64,000 bases of DNA from Felis catus (lineage: Eukaryota), in the NCBI RefSeq assembly GCF_018350175.1, contig NC_058368.1:198402001-198466000 (forward strand), read 5' to 3'. The notes under the pieces are model-generated. The model was given only the letters and a program-made list of their open reading frames with translations, ran no database searches and was not told the origin of the DNA. Shown piece after piece: positions 50,544-63,900 of this stretch (positions are counted from its first letter, which is position 1; each line of letters opens with the position of its first letter). Made by a program: the position numbers and the translations under genes.

Positions 50544-50700
50544 GGGCATCTGAGTGGCTCAACTGGTTGAGCAACTATTAATTTCGGCTCAGGTCATAAT
50601 CTCAGGTCGTGGGATCGAGCTCCGTGTAGGGCTCTGCACTGAGCATGAAGCCTGCTTGGGATTCTCTCTCTCTCCCTCTGCACCTCTTCCCCTAGGCACT
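50544..50700 (+). mobile_element. Can-SINE (3'-truncated) at the L1 tail
   Basis: gggcatctgagtggctcaactggttgagc...gcctgcttgggattctctctc. Confidence 0.8.
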
Positions 50701-51892
50701 TCTCATATACTATCACTAACCCTACTGCAATTTTACAACAGACATTACTCTTATTTTCACAAGGAAACTGAAGAAGCTACTCCACCTCTTTGAGCATCAA
50801 ATTTGCCAGGTAACCAGGTAAGATATGGAGATGGGATGTGAATGCACGACTGACTTCAAAGTAAATACTATTTAGAAATATTTAGAAAAGAAATTAAAGC
50901 CTGAATGGGCAAAAAAGCCAGGTGGACCTAGGTGAACAGGGTGCTGGGGGATAAAAGCTGGGCAGGTGAGGATCAGGTATTTCTCCTTCTTCTCTCCACC
51001 CACTCCCCATCCCCCCACCCGTGGCTGAGGTTCCTGCACCATAAGCCACCTCCCTTATGAAGTCCCTGGCTTCTGTTTTGATATACAATTCAGAAGGCCT
51101 TGTGAATATGTAAAAGAACTATATAGGTTTTGAAAATTTCCTTCTGGAGTCTTATTTAACCACATTCAATTCACTAATTGTGCCTGTAAAGCAATTTAAT
51201 ATTTATAAGATGTCTGATCTTCTTGTCTTGGTAACAACACTTAGGTGCCACAAAACATTGAAAAAGCAGCACATATTTCATGATTTTGAAAAATCTAAGC
51301 CCAAATATACATGGGCGGGGGTGGGGGGGGAAGGCATCTCTTTCTCTCTCTTGTTCTATCTGCCTAGATCGTATAGAAAGATTACATAAATTAAGAACTA
51401 CAACCAAAAATAGTAACATACAATCCCTTTAAGGATATATAGGCTTTGCTTCTTTGCTCTGATGTAGTTAGTCATCCCAGAAAAAAATATTTATTTGGCA
51501 AACTAGGAAAGACAGAACAAATCACTGAGGAGAGTAAGTACCCAAAGGCCAATTCCACTTGGAATTCTGGTTTAACCCACTTAATGCAATTCAAATCCAT
51601 TAGCATAATGTATCAGGATTACAGCAGCAAGATGACAGGAGATATAAGTGACTTTTTTTAAAAAAAGAGACCTAGTTCCTGTTTTAGGGAGCTCAAATTA
51701 TTTTTTAAGGTGACTTATGTGCCTAAAACAATGAAGGACCTATACAAAATGGCATATATTAACTTCACAGAAGTACAAACAGGAACTGGTTTGTACACTC
51801 ACTATACATAGTGAGTGCCATGTATAATAAGCAAGGAAGATTAGTCTCCACAAAACTGTACCATAAATTTACAGCAAATTTATTTTAAAAAA

Positions 51893-52118
51893 TATTTTTA
51901 ATGTTTATTTTTGAGAGAGAGCAAGCACAAGCTGGGGAGGGGCGGGGGGGGGGGGGGAAGGAAGGGAGGGAGGGAGGGAGGGAGACACAGAATCCAAAGC
52001 AGCTCCAAGTTCTGAGCCTTCAGCACAGAGCCCAACAGACACGGGGCTTGAACTCACTGAGCAGCGAGATCATGACCTGAGCCCAAGTTGGCCACTTAAC
52101 TCACTGACCAGGCGCCTC
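51893..52118 (-). mobile_element. Can-SINE with a G-rich expansion
   Basis: aatgtttatttttgagagag...gagatcatgacctgagc...ccaggcgcctc. Confidence 0.88.
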
Positions 52119-55100
52119 TAGAACAAATTTTAAAACAACCTCTTTTAATTGAAATGTAGCTGACTTACTCCCAGATCTGCCTTCAGAAGAAAGAAGGTTA
52201 ACAGTAAAACAGGTTGACAGCAATATACTTTTTAAAAAATCATTAAGAGTTCCTGAATATATCCTGAGTTGAAGTGACAGCAGCCTAGTTCCTCCTCTGA
52301 GTATATAGCAGCTGGCTGTTAAAGTTCAGGATGAAAACAACATCCTAAACTGATTTTAAAAATAATAATAAAGCTACCTTTTGTAAAATATTTTGCAAAG
52401 TTTAAAAAATATATTATTTCTTTTAAGAAGAAAACCATTTTGGTCTTAAATATTCATCTCACAACCCTCCAGCTAGTTTTTCCATAGACATTAAACATAC
52501 AGGAAGGGTTTAGTGTGATTTCTTTCTTACAAGAAAGATAAAGTCAAATTACTCGGTAAGCTAATTGTATAAGTTAACTGACGAGTTTACTGCCTGAGAA
52601 TAAGCGGGAGAAAAAAAAAAGTGACATCTTTTAAACAGCTCAAGCTGTCCATGTGAACAAATCGCAAGGGTGTTTAAATTCTTGGGGACTGACAAACAGA
52701 ACTGCTTTCTGAAGACCCCAGAAGCTTCCCTCTACCCTATCTCTACCCACTGTGCTTGTGAACCCTGGGTCCTGTCAAGATGAACACAGGAACATATTTT
52801 TCCAATAGAACTGATATTACAAATACTGGTTGGAGGTGAATGAAATAGTATTATTAGAACTAGAATTTGGGTTTTGTCATAAGTAGCTATGTTTCCAGAG
52901 TTGATTTGACAATTCTCAAACTGGGAATTATCTGTACGTATTTCTACACTTCACATATTTTCATATTGAGAATTTTAACTACCACAAGAAAGGCAGAGAT
53001 AGACAAATTTTGAATCAGGTGTAGCCCCTAAGGAGTGAAAGTTTGGAGAAAAAAAAATATCGGGACAGAGTTAGATCAGTACACACTTGCTACTTTTAGG
53101 ATCGCTTTAAAAATTGGTTTGTAGCTGCTTAAGAAGCAACAGCAGAGGTTCGCTGTAACCAGCTGCGAGCTGTAACGAGGCATTACTGCATCATGTAAGC
53201 ATTCTCTCAGCTGTACTGGTTTTTACCAAACCCAAGAGGAGCGTAAATAAAAGCCAAAAGCATTGCCCAGAATCTAAAGAACAAAGCGAACACACATTTT
53301 TATCATAGAATAAATATAAAAACAGGCGAAGGTTTTCAAAATCTCTACCTTTTAAGTGGCTGATTTAGGAGGAATCTGCCTCCTGCCAGCCCCCTCCCTC
53401 ATAAACATCACACCGCCACACTGCTTTCAAAACAGAAAAAGGAAATGAAAGAATACAGCAGAGACATTACACAATAAAGTCTAAGGTACAAAGTGGTCAC
53501 TGCTGGATTAAACAAGAGACCTGGTAATATTCATGGTCAGGACAACAGTTTTAAAACAAAAGAAAATTTAAATAGGAGTGATCAGAGGGAAAAACATTTT
53601 AAACTGGGGAATATAAGTACATCATTATGAAATTGTTTCTTGGGCTAACAGACATAGGTAGTTGCGTCTGGAATACGCTATGAACTAAGATTTTATTATG
53701 AAAAGAGAACATAGGCAAGTATTAAATTCTGAGATTAAATAAGAAGGGGCTGACCATACGGAGCAATGTGAGTACATTCTTCCCAGAAAATAAATAGCCA
53801 GTAGAATGGTAACATAGAAGGAAATAAACTTGTGAGAAGGTAACACATGAAACAGTGTATGTTCTTCAAACGTATTTTTAGGATAGGAAAAAGTTACTAT
53901 TGAAAGCAAGGCAACATATTTCAACCATTCCCCATTACTATGCTCCCAAACAGGCAAGGGTAAGCCAGCTGCGCTCCAGGACAGGGGCTGAGTCTAACAC
54001 AGTTGTTTCTCTCCCTCAGGGAGTGCTGTGGAAGGAGGCAGAAAGGAACACAGAGAAGCCTCCTCCCCAAAAGGCTTACAGGTTAAGAATGAACTTTCAA
54101 CTGAGCACTCAATTATTAAATTAGCTGGGTGGAGTATTAGAATTTCTCCACAAAACGGAAAGTTCACTGAGGAACCAATAACCCTAAGACTTGATTGCAA
54201 AAGGGGGAGCAGGAACCCTGAGGACTTCCTTCTCCTCACTCCACCCCTGACAAGATACCCACTGGAGAAGTCAGTAGGGCTGAGTCTGAGGTGACAAGGG
54301 CAGAGCCGGTCCCCAGAGTTTGTGAGTGAGTGGGGGGGGGGGGGGAAGGGGGGCTGGCTTTGTTTTTATTGTTGTTGTTGAAGAGCTGAAAGGACCTTAG
54401 AAGAGTCTTTGGTACAATTTCTCTCAATCTTACCAGTAAGTGGCTAAGTGGTTTGTCCAAAGTACCACAGCTAGCTCATGACAAAGAATCCCCAACCCCT
54501 ACCTGCCAGCCAGTCCTGCCACTTTGCATTTAACATTCCCCGCAGGGCCTCTGCTGCACTCCAGTGAAGAGGGGTCCCTCCCTTTCCACACTGGGAGTGA
54601 TAAAAGGAAAACTAAACGAGTATTTTTTCACTTTGCTTCGGGACCTGTTATTAACAAAATCTCCTGGACTTCTTTGGCATTGTTATCTGCCTCTGCACAT
54701 GCAAAATTCCCAACAGATTCATGCTTATACGTACTGCAATTGCCCAGGCTCAAAGAGAGGCACTCTGCCCCCTTCCCCATCACCAAAGTTCTGCAGAACT
54801 CAGGTCCTAAATTCAATCCCACCCCTCTCTGACCATTTTCTTTGAATCTTACCAGTGTGAGCCATCTTGCACAGTTTTAAAGCACACTCAGGCTGGAAAG
54901 AGCGAAGCATGAAATAACTACATCCTGGTTCATAATCCATATGTACTCAATTTCCAAGGGATTACATTATGCATGTTTCTAAAGAATACAAAATAATTAC
55001 AACTAAAGAACTTAATCATATGACAGGGCTCATTAATATTATAACTCTAAAGGACTCCAACTCAAACAAATTTCATTTTATAGATTAATTATGATCCAGG

Positions 55101-58100
55101 AAGTCAGCACTATTTTCAAAAGCATCATATTATTTACATAGCATTAAATTATTTCCATCAGCAAAAACTGCTTAAGGAGCATTTCTGTGTCATTTTGCTG
55201 TTTGTAAAAGAGCAGTGAAGGTCTGGTGTCATCCAGCCAATGAGCACGAATCAAGGGCCCACTGCAGGCTGAACTAAGCCACCAGCAAATGTAGTCAGTC
55301 ATAGTACACTACACTGTATTATTTCCTTCTGATCTCCAGAGAGACATCACTTTCCTGGCAACTTCTGACCCAGCAAAGTGAGATGGGCGTGTGGGGTGGG
55401 GAGCCTCTCAAACACTTCCCTGCTTCAGGCATTTTAACCTGGGAGAGCCCTCAACTCAGTGGTAGAAGTTGTGTGGCCTCCTTTCAGCTTCCCTCTCTGT
55501 GTCCCTCTCTTCCACCTCCTGGGCCCTTCGGAGCTTGCTGGCTGCCCCAGCTGCCCCCCACCTCCAGCTGGGGCCAGTGTCAGCACCTGAACTTTGCCTT
55601 CCTTTCCTCAACCAAATCTCTTACACTCAGGATGTTTTGTCCCTCCTAAGACCAATTATACAAAAGGCCTAGTCACTAAGCAACAGGGATCCAAAGGCTA
55701 CATTTTCTCCCTTTTAAAAAAACAAGAGGAGGAGGAAAAAAGAAGCCAGCACTTTATTTAATTTTGAAATCATGAATGTGGCAAAAACATTAACTAGGTT
55801 TTCTGTCTTTCCAGGGCCTTGTCCCAGAAAACCAAAGCCACGGTATGGGGGATAGAACAGGAGGCGGGCTGAAAGGCAACACAGCAAAGTAGAAGTTGCC
55901 CAAGACTGGACTAGGCCTGTTTTTCTTCATTCCCTCCAACACATAAAACTTTGAAAGAAAATGCTAATTTGGTCAACGTGGCCAATTTGCTCTTATTCTC
56001 TCATCACTGGTCCCCACACCCTCTCATCCCTGCTAACTCCCCATTAGCTTCTGCCCCACCCCCTTCCTTCCTCCCTTTCGGTCTCCACCCACCCACTGGT
56101 TGATTACTCTCTCCCCTTTCTGCTCCAATATTACTTTTTGGTATTTTTTTTAATAAAACATCTCAAAAAATAAAGGCCAATATGCACTTAACAGAGAGAG
56201 GCAGAATGGCTGTCCATCCAGGCAAAATAGTCTGTGAATCATACCACTGTGCAAATCTGTACTCTGCACTTTGCATATCTCTTTTCCTTCTATTTAACCC
56301 CGAAAGAAAAGCAATTATCACTCCCATTTTCAGAGGTGGAAAGTGAAATTCAGGAAAAGTAAATAACTTTACTGAAAGTATCGGGCTGCATGTGACCTGG
56401 GTCTGCCCAGCTTCTCAACTCAAGTAGTTAGTTCCCAACTGAGACTGCCCCACCCATGACCTCAAAGACCCTCAGAGGAGCCCCAACACAATGCACAAGG
56501 GTAGCTCAGCAACAGGCCCCTCGGAAGCCACATCTCAGGGATAAGCAACCCACGAACCATCAACGGGTTCTCAAAACTCGATTCCTGAGTCAAATCATCC
56601 CCAGTGGGCTCCTGGTTTAGAGGACAATAACCTCCAGGGGGTGCCAATAGAAACAGTGAACTTAAGTCAGTGAAAGCAATTTTCTGAAGGGACTAAAGGT
56701 CCCTACAGCTGAGAACTATCAAAATCCAAAGGTAAAATTAATATAAAATTCACTTTCAATTCATAAATATAATAAATGGCAAAGAGAACTTTTGAGTAAT
56801 TTTTAAAATGAGGCTTTGAAGAGAGACACAAGGGTAATGAACTGCAAAAAAAAAAAAAAAAAAAAACTGGCTGCCAGATGATGTAAAAATCAATCATTTA
56901 AAGAATCTAGGCCTCTGAGTTTGGTCTGTTCCTGAGATAGTTTGTTCTAGGGAAAAGCCTTGTGCCATGCCGACGAAGAGGCCCTTTCAGCTCAGCTCCA
57001 CGCAGCAGTCAGCAAACGTGGGAGGGCAGGAATATGGCAGGAGCAATGGGAGCACTCACTTGAGTGTACCTTACATCCGAGGACTGCTACTAAGCACATA
57101 CCCCTGCCGTGCACCCGGCTCCAAAACTGAAGGGGGAACCACACGATTATACCTCTTGTGGCTTACTTGGCAGGACAGATGGCTCTTTGCGAGAAAATTT
57201 TATATAAAGCTTCTTGTGTTTCAGCTTATATAGAATATCAAATATGTGACAAAGTTACCAGGGTTGTAGATTCAAGAGAACTCTGTAAACATGGTATGTT
57301 TTTACTTCAGAAGAGTCTGCATACAACAATGAAAATGCTGACTTGCCTCTAGCCATGCAAATATAAATAAAGACTTTAAAATGTGAGAATAGGAAAAGAA
57401 AAGCATGCATCGTTTCTTTTTTTTTTAAAGATTTTATACCCATAGAATCCTCACAGATAGAAAGGGCAGGCTTGATAATTATGAGCATACAACTTTTTAA
57501 AACAACCAATTTTGTAAAACAAAATCCATATGATGGTTTAAATTCAGAGAACACAATCGATGCCTACGGGCTGCAGCTCATAATCCCCAATTTCCTAATT
57601 CTTTTGTTACCTGATACACATACATGGATGTACAAATAGGGCAGCATTAGGTATGTTTGCAAGCTGCCAGCACTTTGGGTTTAGGATGGCCTTTGCCCTA
57701 TGATAAAACATACCTGAACCAGGGAGAGTGAACTCTGGAAACTACCTTTAATAGTTGTGTTTTTTTTCTAGGAAGATAAAGGGAGACATAAGCTAAAATA
57801 TCTAAGAGAAGCTGCTAAACAGACAAGCTGCTCCGCACAGGGCAGAACGGCGGTGAAATGGCATCAGCTCTTTACAGACGCTGAGGAAGCGTGAGCCCCA
57901 AACCCAAAGCCAGGTCCTCGACCGGATGAGTGCCTCTGAGAGTGCCACAGTTAACACTGTACTTGGAAGAGTAATTTTAAAGAACTGATTTCTTGCTTTC
58001 AAGTATTCTTCCCAAATAACGTCTTGTTTTTAACTTTAGAATTCTAATTGTAAGCCACAGTGTTACAAACTGCCACTTAGCTATGGTGGCACTGACTGGT

Positions 58101-59768
58101 GAGCAAGCAGCACAGCATTCATCACCGTCCTTAGTGCCATCCACTGTGGCCACTATGTGTGAAATGGGGTCACTTATGTCAAGGGGTTTTAAGGTGGAGC
58201 CAGGAAGCCATTAAGGAGAAGGGCCTTCTGCACGTCCTCCTGCCCTCACTGGGTGGAGCCATGAACTTGCGAACTGGGCCAAAGGGCCAGCGTTCCCAGG
58301 ACTCAGCCCAAACACCTGTGGCATGCTCCAGTGAGGCTCTGCTGGGTGACAGCCTTAGCAACCAATTATATTCAACCCAGATTTAGTTTTCTGCCACCAA
58401 CACCAATAGAAATTCTTTGTAAGCCACATTTATAAGCATTCCTTTTTGATTTAAAAACCCTTGATTTTGTTCTCTGGGAGGCACTGTTTGGGTTGCTGCC
58501 CAAATCTGTGTTCATGGAACTGTAATTCTGGGACCCCAAACAAATACTTTTGTTTTTATTTTCAGCTCAGCCTCTTTCTTCAGCTGACATCTAGCAGTTC
58601 ACATCGCTTTACGATCACTGAGCTTTGGGGACAATTCCTAAATCAGCTGTTTCAAACTTAAAGACACCTCTGACCCTGGAGTTTTCCTGCTTCCTCATGC
58701 TGGCAGGGATCGGGTTTCCAGGGGTGACAAGTCTTCACTTGGTCTGTATCTGGGCTCCCTTGAACTAGACCATAAATAACCATCTGAAGACAAAACAAAG
58801 CACTCAGAAATACATCATTTTTAAAAAGACCTGAAACACAAGTCATAAAACATGAAAACTTACAGAGGACCCATGCTGACACCCATGTATTTAAAGATAT
58901 CTCACTGCAGACAACAGGTAGCTTTTGTGATTTTCACAAATGTCAATATACCTAAACACAATAAAGGCCCAGAAAATAGGATTTAAGACTCCCTTCAGCC
59001 CTGTTCCTTCTCTTTCCTTGTAATCCTGCTCATCTTCTTCACCTGCCTATTTCTCTTCCTGGCATCACTCCTTTCTGTCACCAAACTTAAAACGTGGAAA
59101 GTAAGAGTACATTCCTCAGGAAAGCCACTCCTCACCAAGTCTGGCCACTCTACTTGGCAGGTATCTCAAGCTCACCTGCTACTTTCCAAAACCACCCGCA
59201 TGCCCGGTCTGCCTCGACTACTCCAACAGCCCTCTCATCTCCGCACTCAGCCAACAGGAGGATCTTCCGGACGGCCTGCCCTGGGGCCAGGCTGCACAGC
59301 GGTGAGGGACACTTCTAAGAGCTCACAGTTAAATTTTGTGGCTCATCTCCTGTCTGCAAAATGGGGATAATGAGGGTATTTACCTCAAGATCTCCTATGA
59401 GGTTTATATGGATACAACGAACGTAAACATGAAGCATAATGCCTGGCACATGGTCAGCCCTCAAAATAGGTTTTCTTTTTTTTTTTTTTTTTAATTTTTT
59501 ATCATGATTCAGACTTCACTTTTCAGTTTCAAACCTTTAGTGGCCGTTGCCTGTCTACAGAATACAAAATGTTCTAGCAGGCATGCTAGTTACTGCAGCA
59601 TAAAGAACACTAGTTTTCAATCAAGGCAAAAAATGAACTCAAATTCTGGCCCTGCTATTAGCTGTGCAATCCTGAAATTCACTTAACTTTCCGGAGCCTT
59701 AGTTTTCAAAGGTCTCACATGGGGATAACACCTTTGGGGTGTTATCTACCTTTGGGGAAGATAATAGC

Positions 59769-60137
59769 TGTACTGGGTTGAACAGTATCCCATCACCACC
59801 ACCCAAATGCACATCCACCTACGGCCTGTGACCTTACGTGGAAATCGCCTTTGCACATATAATTAGTTTAGGTGAGGTCATCCTGGATTAGGGTAGGCCC
59901 TAAATCCAATGTGACGAGTGTCCTTAAAAGGAGAGGAGACAAAGAGACAGGCACACAGGGAGAACATCAGGTAAAGATGGAGGCGGAAACTGGAGTGGTG
60001 GGTACAAAGGCCAAAGAACAGCAATGATGGTGTAGGATTTCCCCCAGAGCCTTTACAGGGCACGTGGCCATGCCAACACCTTCGTTTGGAAGGTTGTCTT
60101 TTTAGCCATGTTACAGCAGCCCTAGGAATCTAATACA
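59769..60137 (+). mobile_element. MaLR solo LTR (MLT1B-like)
   Basis: TG...CA termini, diagnostic gaggtcatcctggattagggtaggccctaaatccaat, and a perfect 5-bp TSD ATAGC (59764-59768 and 60138-60142). Confidence 0.85.
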
Positions 60138-60414
60138 ATAGCTAGGAATTCACGCATAGAAGTATTTGGCATGCAAAATGATGACTCCATGTTATACACG
60201 AGGAAACTGCAACCAGTTACACAGTGAAGCTGGTGGGAACTCCACTCCACCTGTTTGCAGGATGCATGCAGTCAGACCCGCTCCTACATGGAATTAGACA
60301 CAGTGTATGTAACTGCCCAGAATACTGCTACTCACACAGTAAGTACTCAAAAGATGGTAGCAACTACTATTACGACTCATACCCCAGCTCCCTACCCTGC
60401 TTGACCTCCCAGTT

Positions 60415-60605
60415 AAGGGTAAACAAACATTTTCCTTAAGGGTCAGATAGTAAATATTTGAAGTTTTGTATGTCAAGGCAAAACCGAGGCTTTTATACCC
60501 ATTAAAAATGGAATCATTTAGAAATGTAAACACCACCCTTAGCTGAAGTGCTGTAAACAGGGTACATGGGTAGGTGTGCCCACAGGCTGTAGTGCAGACC
60601 CCTGC
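60415..60605. mobile_element. MER58-like hAT-Charlie MITE
   Basis: aagggtcagatagtaaatattt...ggctgtagtgcagacccctg ends resemble MER58. Confidence 0.6.
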
Positions 60606-61443
60606 TCCAAGTATCTCTGTTGGTAGCTCCAGTCCCTTGTCTGCAGGTCATTTTACACCCCTCCCTGTCCCTTACCCTCACTCCTGCAGGCACACAGCCC
60701 CCTCTCTCTCCTCCTCCCCAACCCCACACACAGGGCCCCAGTTGAGGATTTCATCATGTTTTGCCTAAATCACTAAGAGCCTCCCATCTCACCTCACCCA
60801 CATGCCACCCTTTACACCTGTCACTAGGACCTGTCCATCTAAAGTGCAGGCCTGAGCGTGTCAATACCCTATTTGATCTTTCCATGACTCTCCCCTCTAT
60901 CCCCTCCAGCACGAGCTGTAAACCGAGTGGCACATTAAAATCCCACGGGGAGCTCTTTAAAGAACACCACCACTGTCTAGGCCACAGGTCCCTAACATTC
61001 TGATTCATTAGATCCAGGGTAGGGCAGCTGTAATCACTCAGGGCAGAATCTGAGAGGCAGCCAGGATCTAGTCCCTGATTTTTGTACATGATTGATTCCC
61101 TCTGCCCAGAATGCCTTCCTGCCTCTGACTGCTAGGCAAACTTCCAATTTATTTTCAAAAAACTTCTTACAGTGAGACTGGAAAAAGCCACCCGTGTACT
61201 CTATCCTCTCCCCATAGTTGATTACTCCATCCTCTGTCCTATTTCACACCATGGCACATGCCCACGACTGCACATGCGTCATACTATATGGTGACAGCTA
61301 CTCAACCTGTCAGCTGGCCTCACTGACCTGAGCACTGGGCATGCAGCGTATCAGCTATTATATGCTTATCCTAAAGCATGTCCAAGATCAAGAATGCACT
61401 TTCTGACTATTTTCCTCTGAAAGTCAAAATATGACCATCTACT

Positions 61444-61640
61444 GAAGCGTACGGGTGGCTCAGTCAGTTAACTTTCTGACTCTTTTTGATTTCCACTTAG
61501 GTCATTATCTCATGGTCATGAGATCAAGCCTCAAGTTGGGCTCTGTGCTGATAGCGTGGAGCCTGCTTGGGATTCTTTCTCTCCACCCCTCCCCCACTCA
61601 CATGCGTTCTCTCTCAAAAATAAACAAACGTTAAAAATAT
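61444..61640 (+). mobile_element. Can-SINE (diverged)
   Basis: gggtggctcagtcagttaa...gagcctgcttgggattc...ctctcaaaaataaac. Confidence 0.85.
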
Positions 61641-61650
61641 ATATATCACC

Positions 61651-61790
61651 TTGATGGGCACTGAGGAGGGCCCTTGTTGGGATGAGCACTTGTTGTATGT
61701 AAGCGATGAACCATAGTAATCTACCCCCAAAACCAAGAGCATACTTTATACACTGTATGTTAGCCAATTTGACAAATTATATTTTAAAAA
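61651..61790 (+). mobile_element. Felid L1 3' UTR tip
   Basis: tgatgggcactgaggagggcccttgttgggatgagcac...gttagccaatttgacaaattatatt, homologous to 29275-29352. Confidence 0.8.
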
Positions 61791-62334
61791 TACATGTATA
61801 TATATTATATACATACATATATATATCCCACCATCTTTCAGAGGAAGAAACCAAATGCTACCCACCTAAGCTCCTAACACAGTTGACAATGATTCATCCT
61901 CGGGACTCCTGTGCACTCTTACGATAGGCACTAAGTTAAGTCGACCTCCTGTCTCCCAGTTCTCTGCACACACATCCTATTTCCGTTATGGAACTGCACC
62001 TTCCATGAGGGCAGGCACCTACTGCTCAACATCTAAGCTCAGTGCTTTGTGAATCCAAGTCATTCAACAAGATGAATGTGTGCTCTAGATCTTGTGCTTG
62101 GAACTATGCAAAAAAGGGACCCCGACAAATGTATTAAAATGAAAGCTTACCAAAGAGGAAAAAGTGTATATATATAAGTTTAAACATCAAGAATCAATAC
62201 AAAGTGAAATCATGAGGTACATAATATTAATTTTTCTGGCACATAAAATAAAGCATTTTAAAACTTCCTCTCTTCTCAATAAGTTTAGGAAAGTTACTTC
62301 ATAGATACTAAAGTTGAAGACTTTTTGTCTTCTT

Positions 62335-62513
62335 CATTTATTTTTCAGAGAGATAGAGAAAAAGAGTGAGCATGTGGGAAGGGCTGAGAGAGAGGGAGAG
62401 AGAATTCCAAGCAGGCTCTGCGCTGACACAGAGCTCGATCTCAGGACTGTGAGTTCATGACCTGAGCCAAAATCGAATTGGATGCCCAACCGACTGAGCA
62501 CCTCAGGCACCCT
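62335..62513 (-). mobile_element. Can-SINE (diverged)
   Basis: atttatttttcagagag...ccaagcaggctctgcgctgac...gactgagcacctcaggcaccc. Confidence 0.85.
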
Positions 62514-62849
62514 GGGTGCCTACTTTTTTACTTAAACAAGCATTTAATAAGCACTTATTATTATGCATGTAAAAAATAGTGGAGCTACATACTAGAGGAA
62601 CATAAAAACATGGCCCCAACACACTACCCCACAACTAAGCAATGTATAGTCTTTGGCATACCAGTTAGCATTCTCTCAGCCACGCCTACTCAGAAAGGAC
62701 TGGGCTCCAAGTAGGAAACTCCAAGGAGGGAACTAGATTTAAGGCTTGCCTGTCCATGCATGTATTGGAGTGGGGAGATGTCAACAGAATGTAGGAGCCC
62801 ATCAACCTAAAAGGGTTAAATTCTAGTCCTGATTCCCATCCTCACCCCT

Positions 62850-63532
62850 GTTCCACTCATAGCCTTCCTCATTTCAGTGGCTGGAAACTCCATTCTATTG
62901 TTGGTGAGACCAAAAACTGCAGTTACCCTTGGTGATTCCTTTCGCTCTCACATGCCCCTTCGGATCCCTTAGGAAAACCTGTTGATTCTAATTTCAAATT
63001 ATATCCAACGTGGGATATATCTCCTCGCCATCTCCATTGTCTGCACCCTGGTCCCCACGTCCATCGTCTCTCACCTGGATTACTGGAGTGGTTTCCTATT
63101 AGCTCTCTGCTCCTACCTTTGACACCCTACCTTCTCTCCATTCTACTGTCAACCAGCAACTGGAATAAGTCTGTTAACAGGTCCAGGTGGATGTCATTCC
63201 TTGGCTCAGAGTCCTGCAATGGCTCCTGTCTCACTAGGGCTTTTACTCCAAGCCCTGACAATGACGTACAAAGCCCTACTAATTGAACCTTGCAAGACTT
63301 CATTTCCTACCCAGATCCTCTTAGCTCCATCACCTGGCCTCCTACTGCCTGATGGCACATACCCACCCCAACACCTCTGCTCTAGCTGTACCCTTTGCCT
63401 GAAAGGCTCTCCCCCCAGATACCTGTTTGGCTAACTCCCTCACCTCCTCCAGGCTTCCATTTAAACCTCACCTTCTCTTGGGATGAGCACTGGGTGTTGT
63501 AAGGAAACCAATCTGACAATAAATTTCATATT

Positions 63533-63572
<40 letters not shown>

Positions 63573-63900
63573 AGCAAAAAAATAAAAAATAAAAAAAAAT
63601 AAACCTCACCTTCTCAGTGAGGCCTACTTTGACCATCCTTCTTCATTCATTCATCCTTTTTCATTTATACTTCCTTCTGCCTCCCCATGCATACTTGCTC
63701 TGCTCCACTTTTATGTTTTCCCCTGCCACATACATTATAATGTACTTACTGTGCTGGTTTTTCACTGTGTCTCCACCCTGCCAGAATCAGAATGTAAGCT
63801 CCACAAGGGTGGTGATCTTTGTTTTGGCCAGTGATGCAATTCTAGCATCTTTAAGAGTGCCTGAACTATGATGGGCACTTGCACATTTGTTGAATACAAT
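62850..63900 (+). mobile_element. L2 remnant
   Basis: tctcacctggattactg...gaatgtaagctccacaaggg...catttgttgaat, the L2 3' region. Confidence 0.65.
63478..63599 (+). mobile_element. Minimal 5'-truncated felid L1 insertion with a (TAAA)n tail
   Basis: About 57 bp of L1 3' tip (ttgggatgagcactgggtgttg...gacaataaatttcatatt) plus A-rich tail; perfect 16-bp TSD taaacctcaccttctc (63462-63477 and 63600-63615). Confidence 0.9.

Noticed and set aside
51796..51817. Perfect 10-bp inverted repeat cactcactat-ac-atagtgagtg
   Set aside because: Roughly one such stem is expected by chance in 64 kb, and it is too short for a pre-miRNA.
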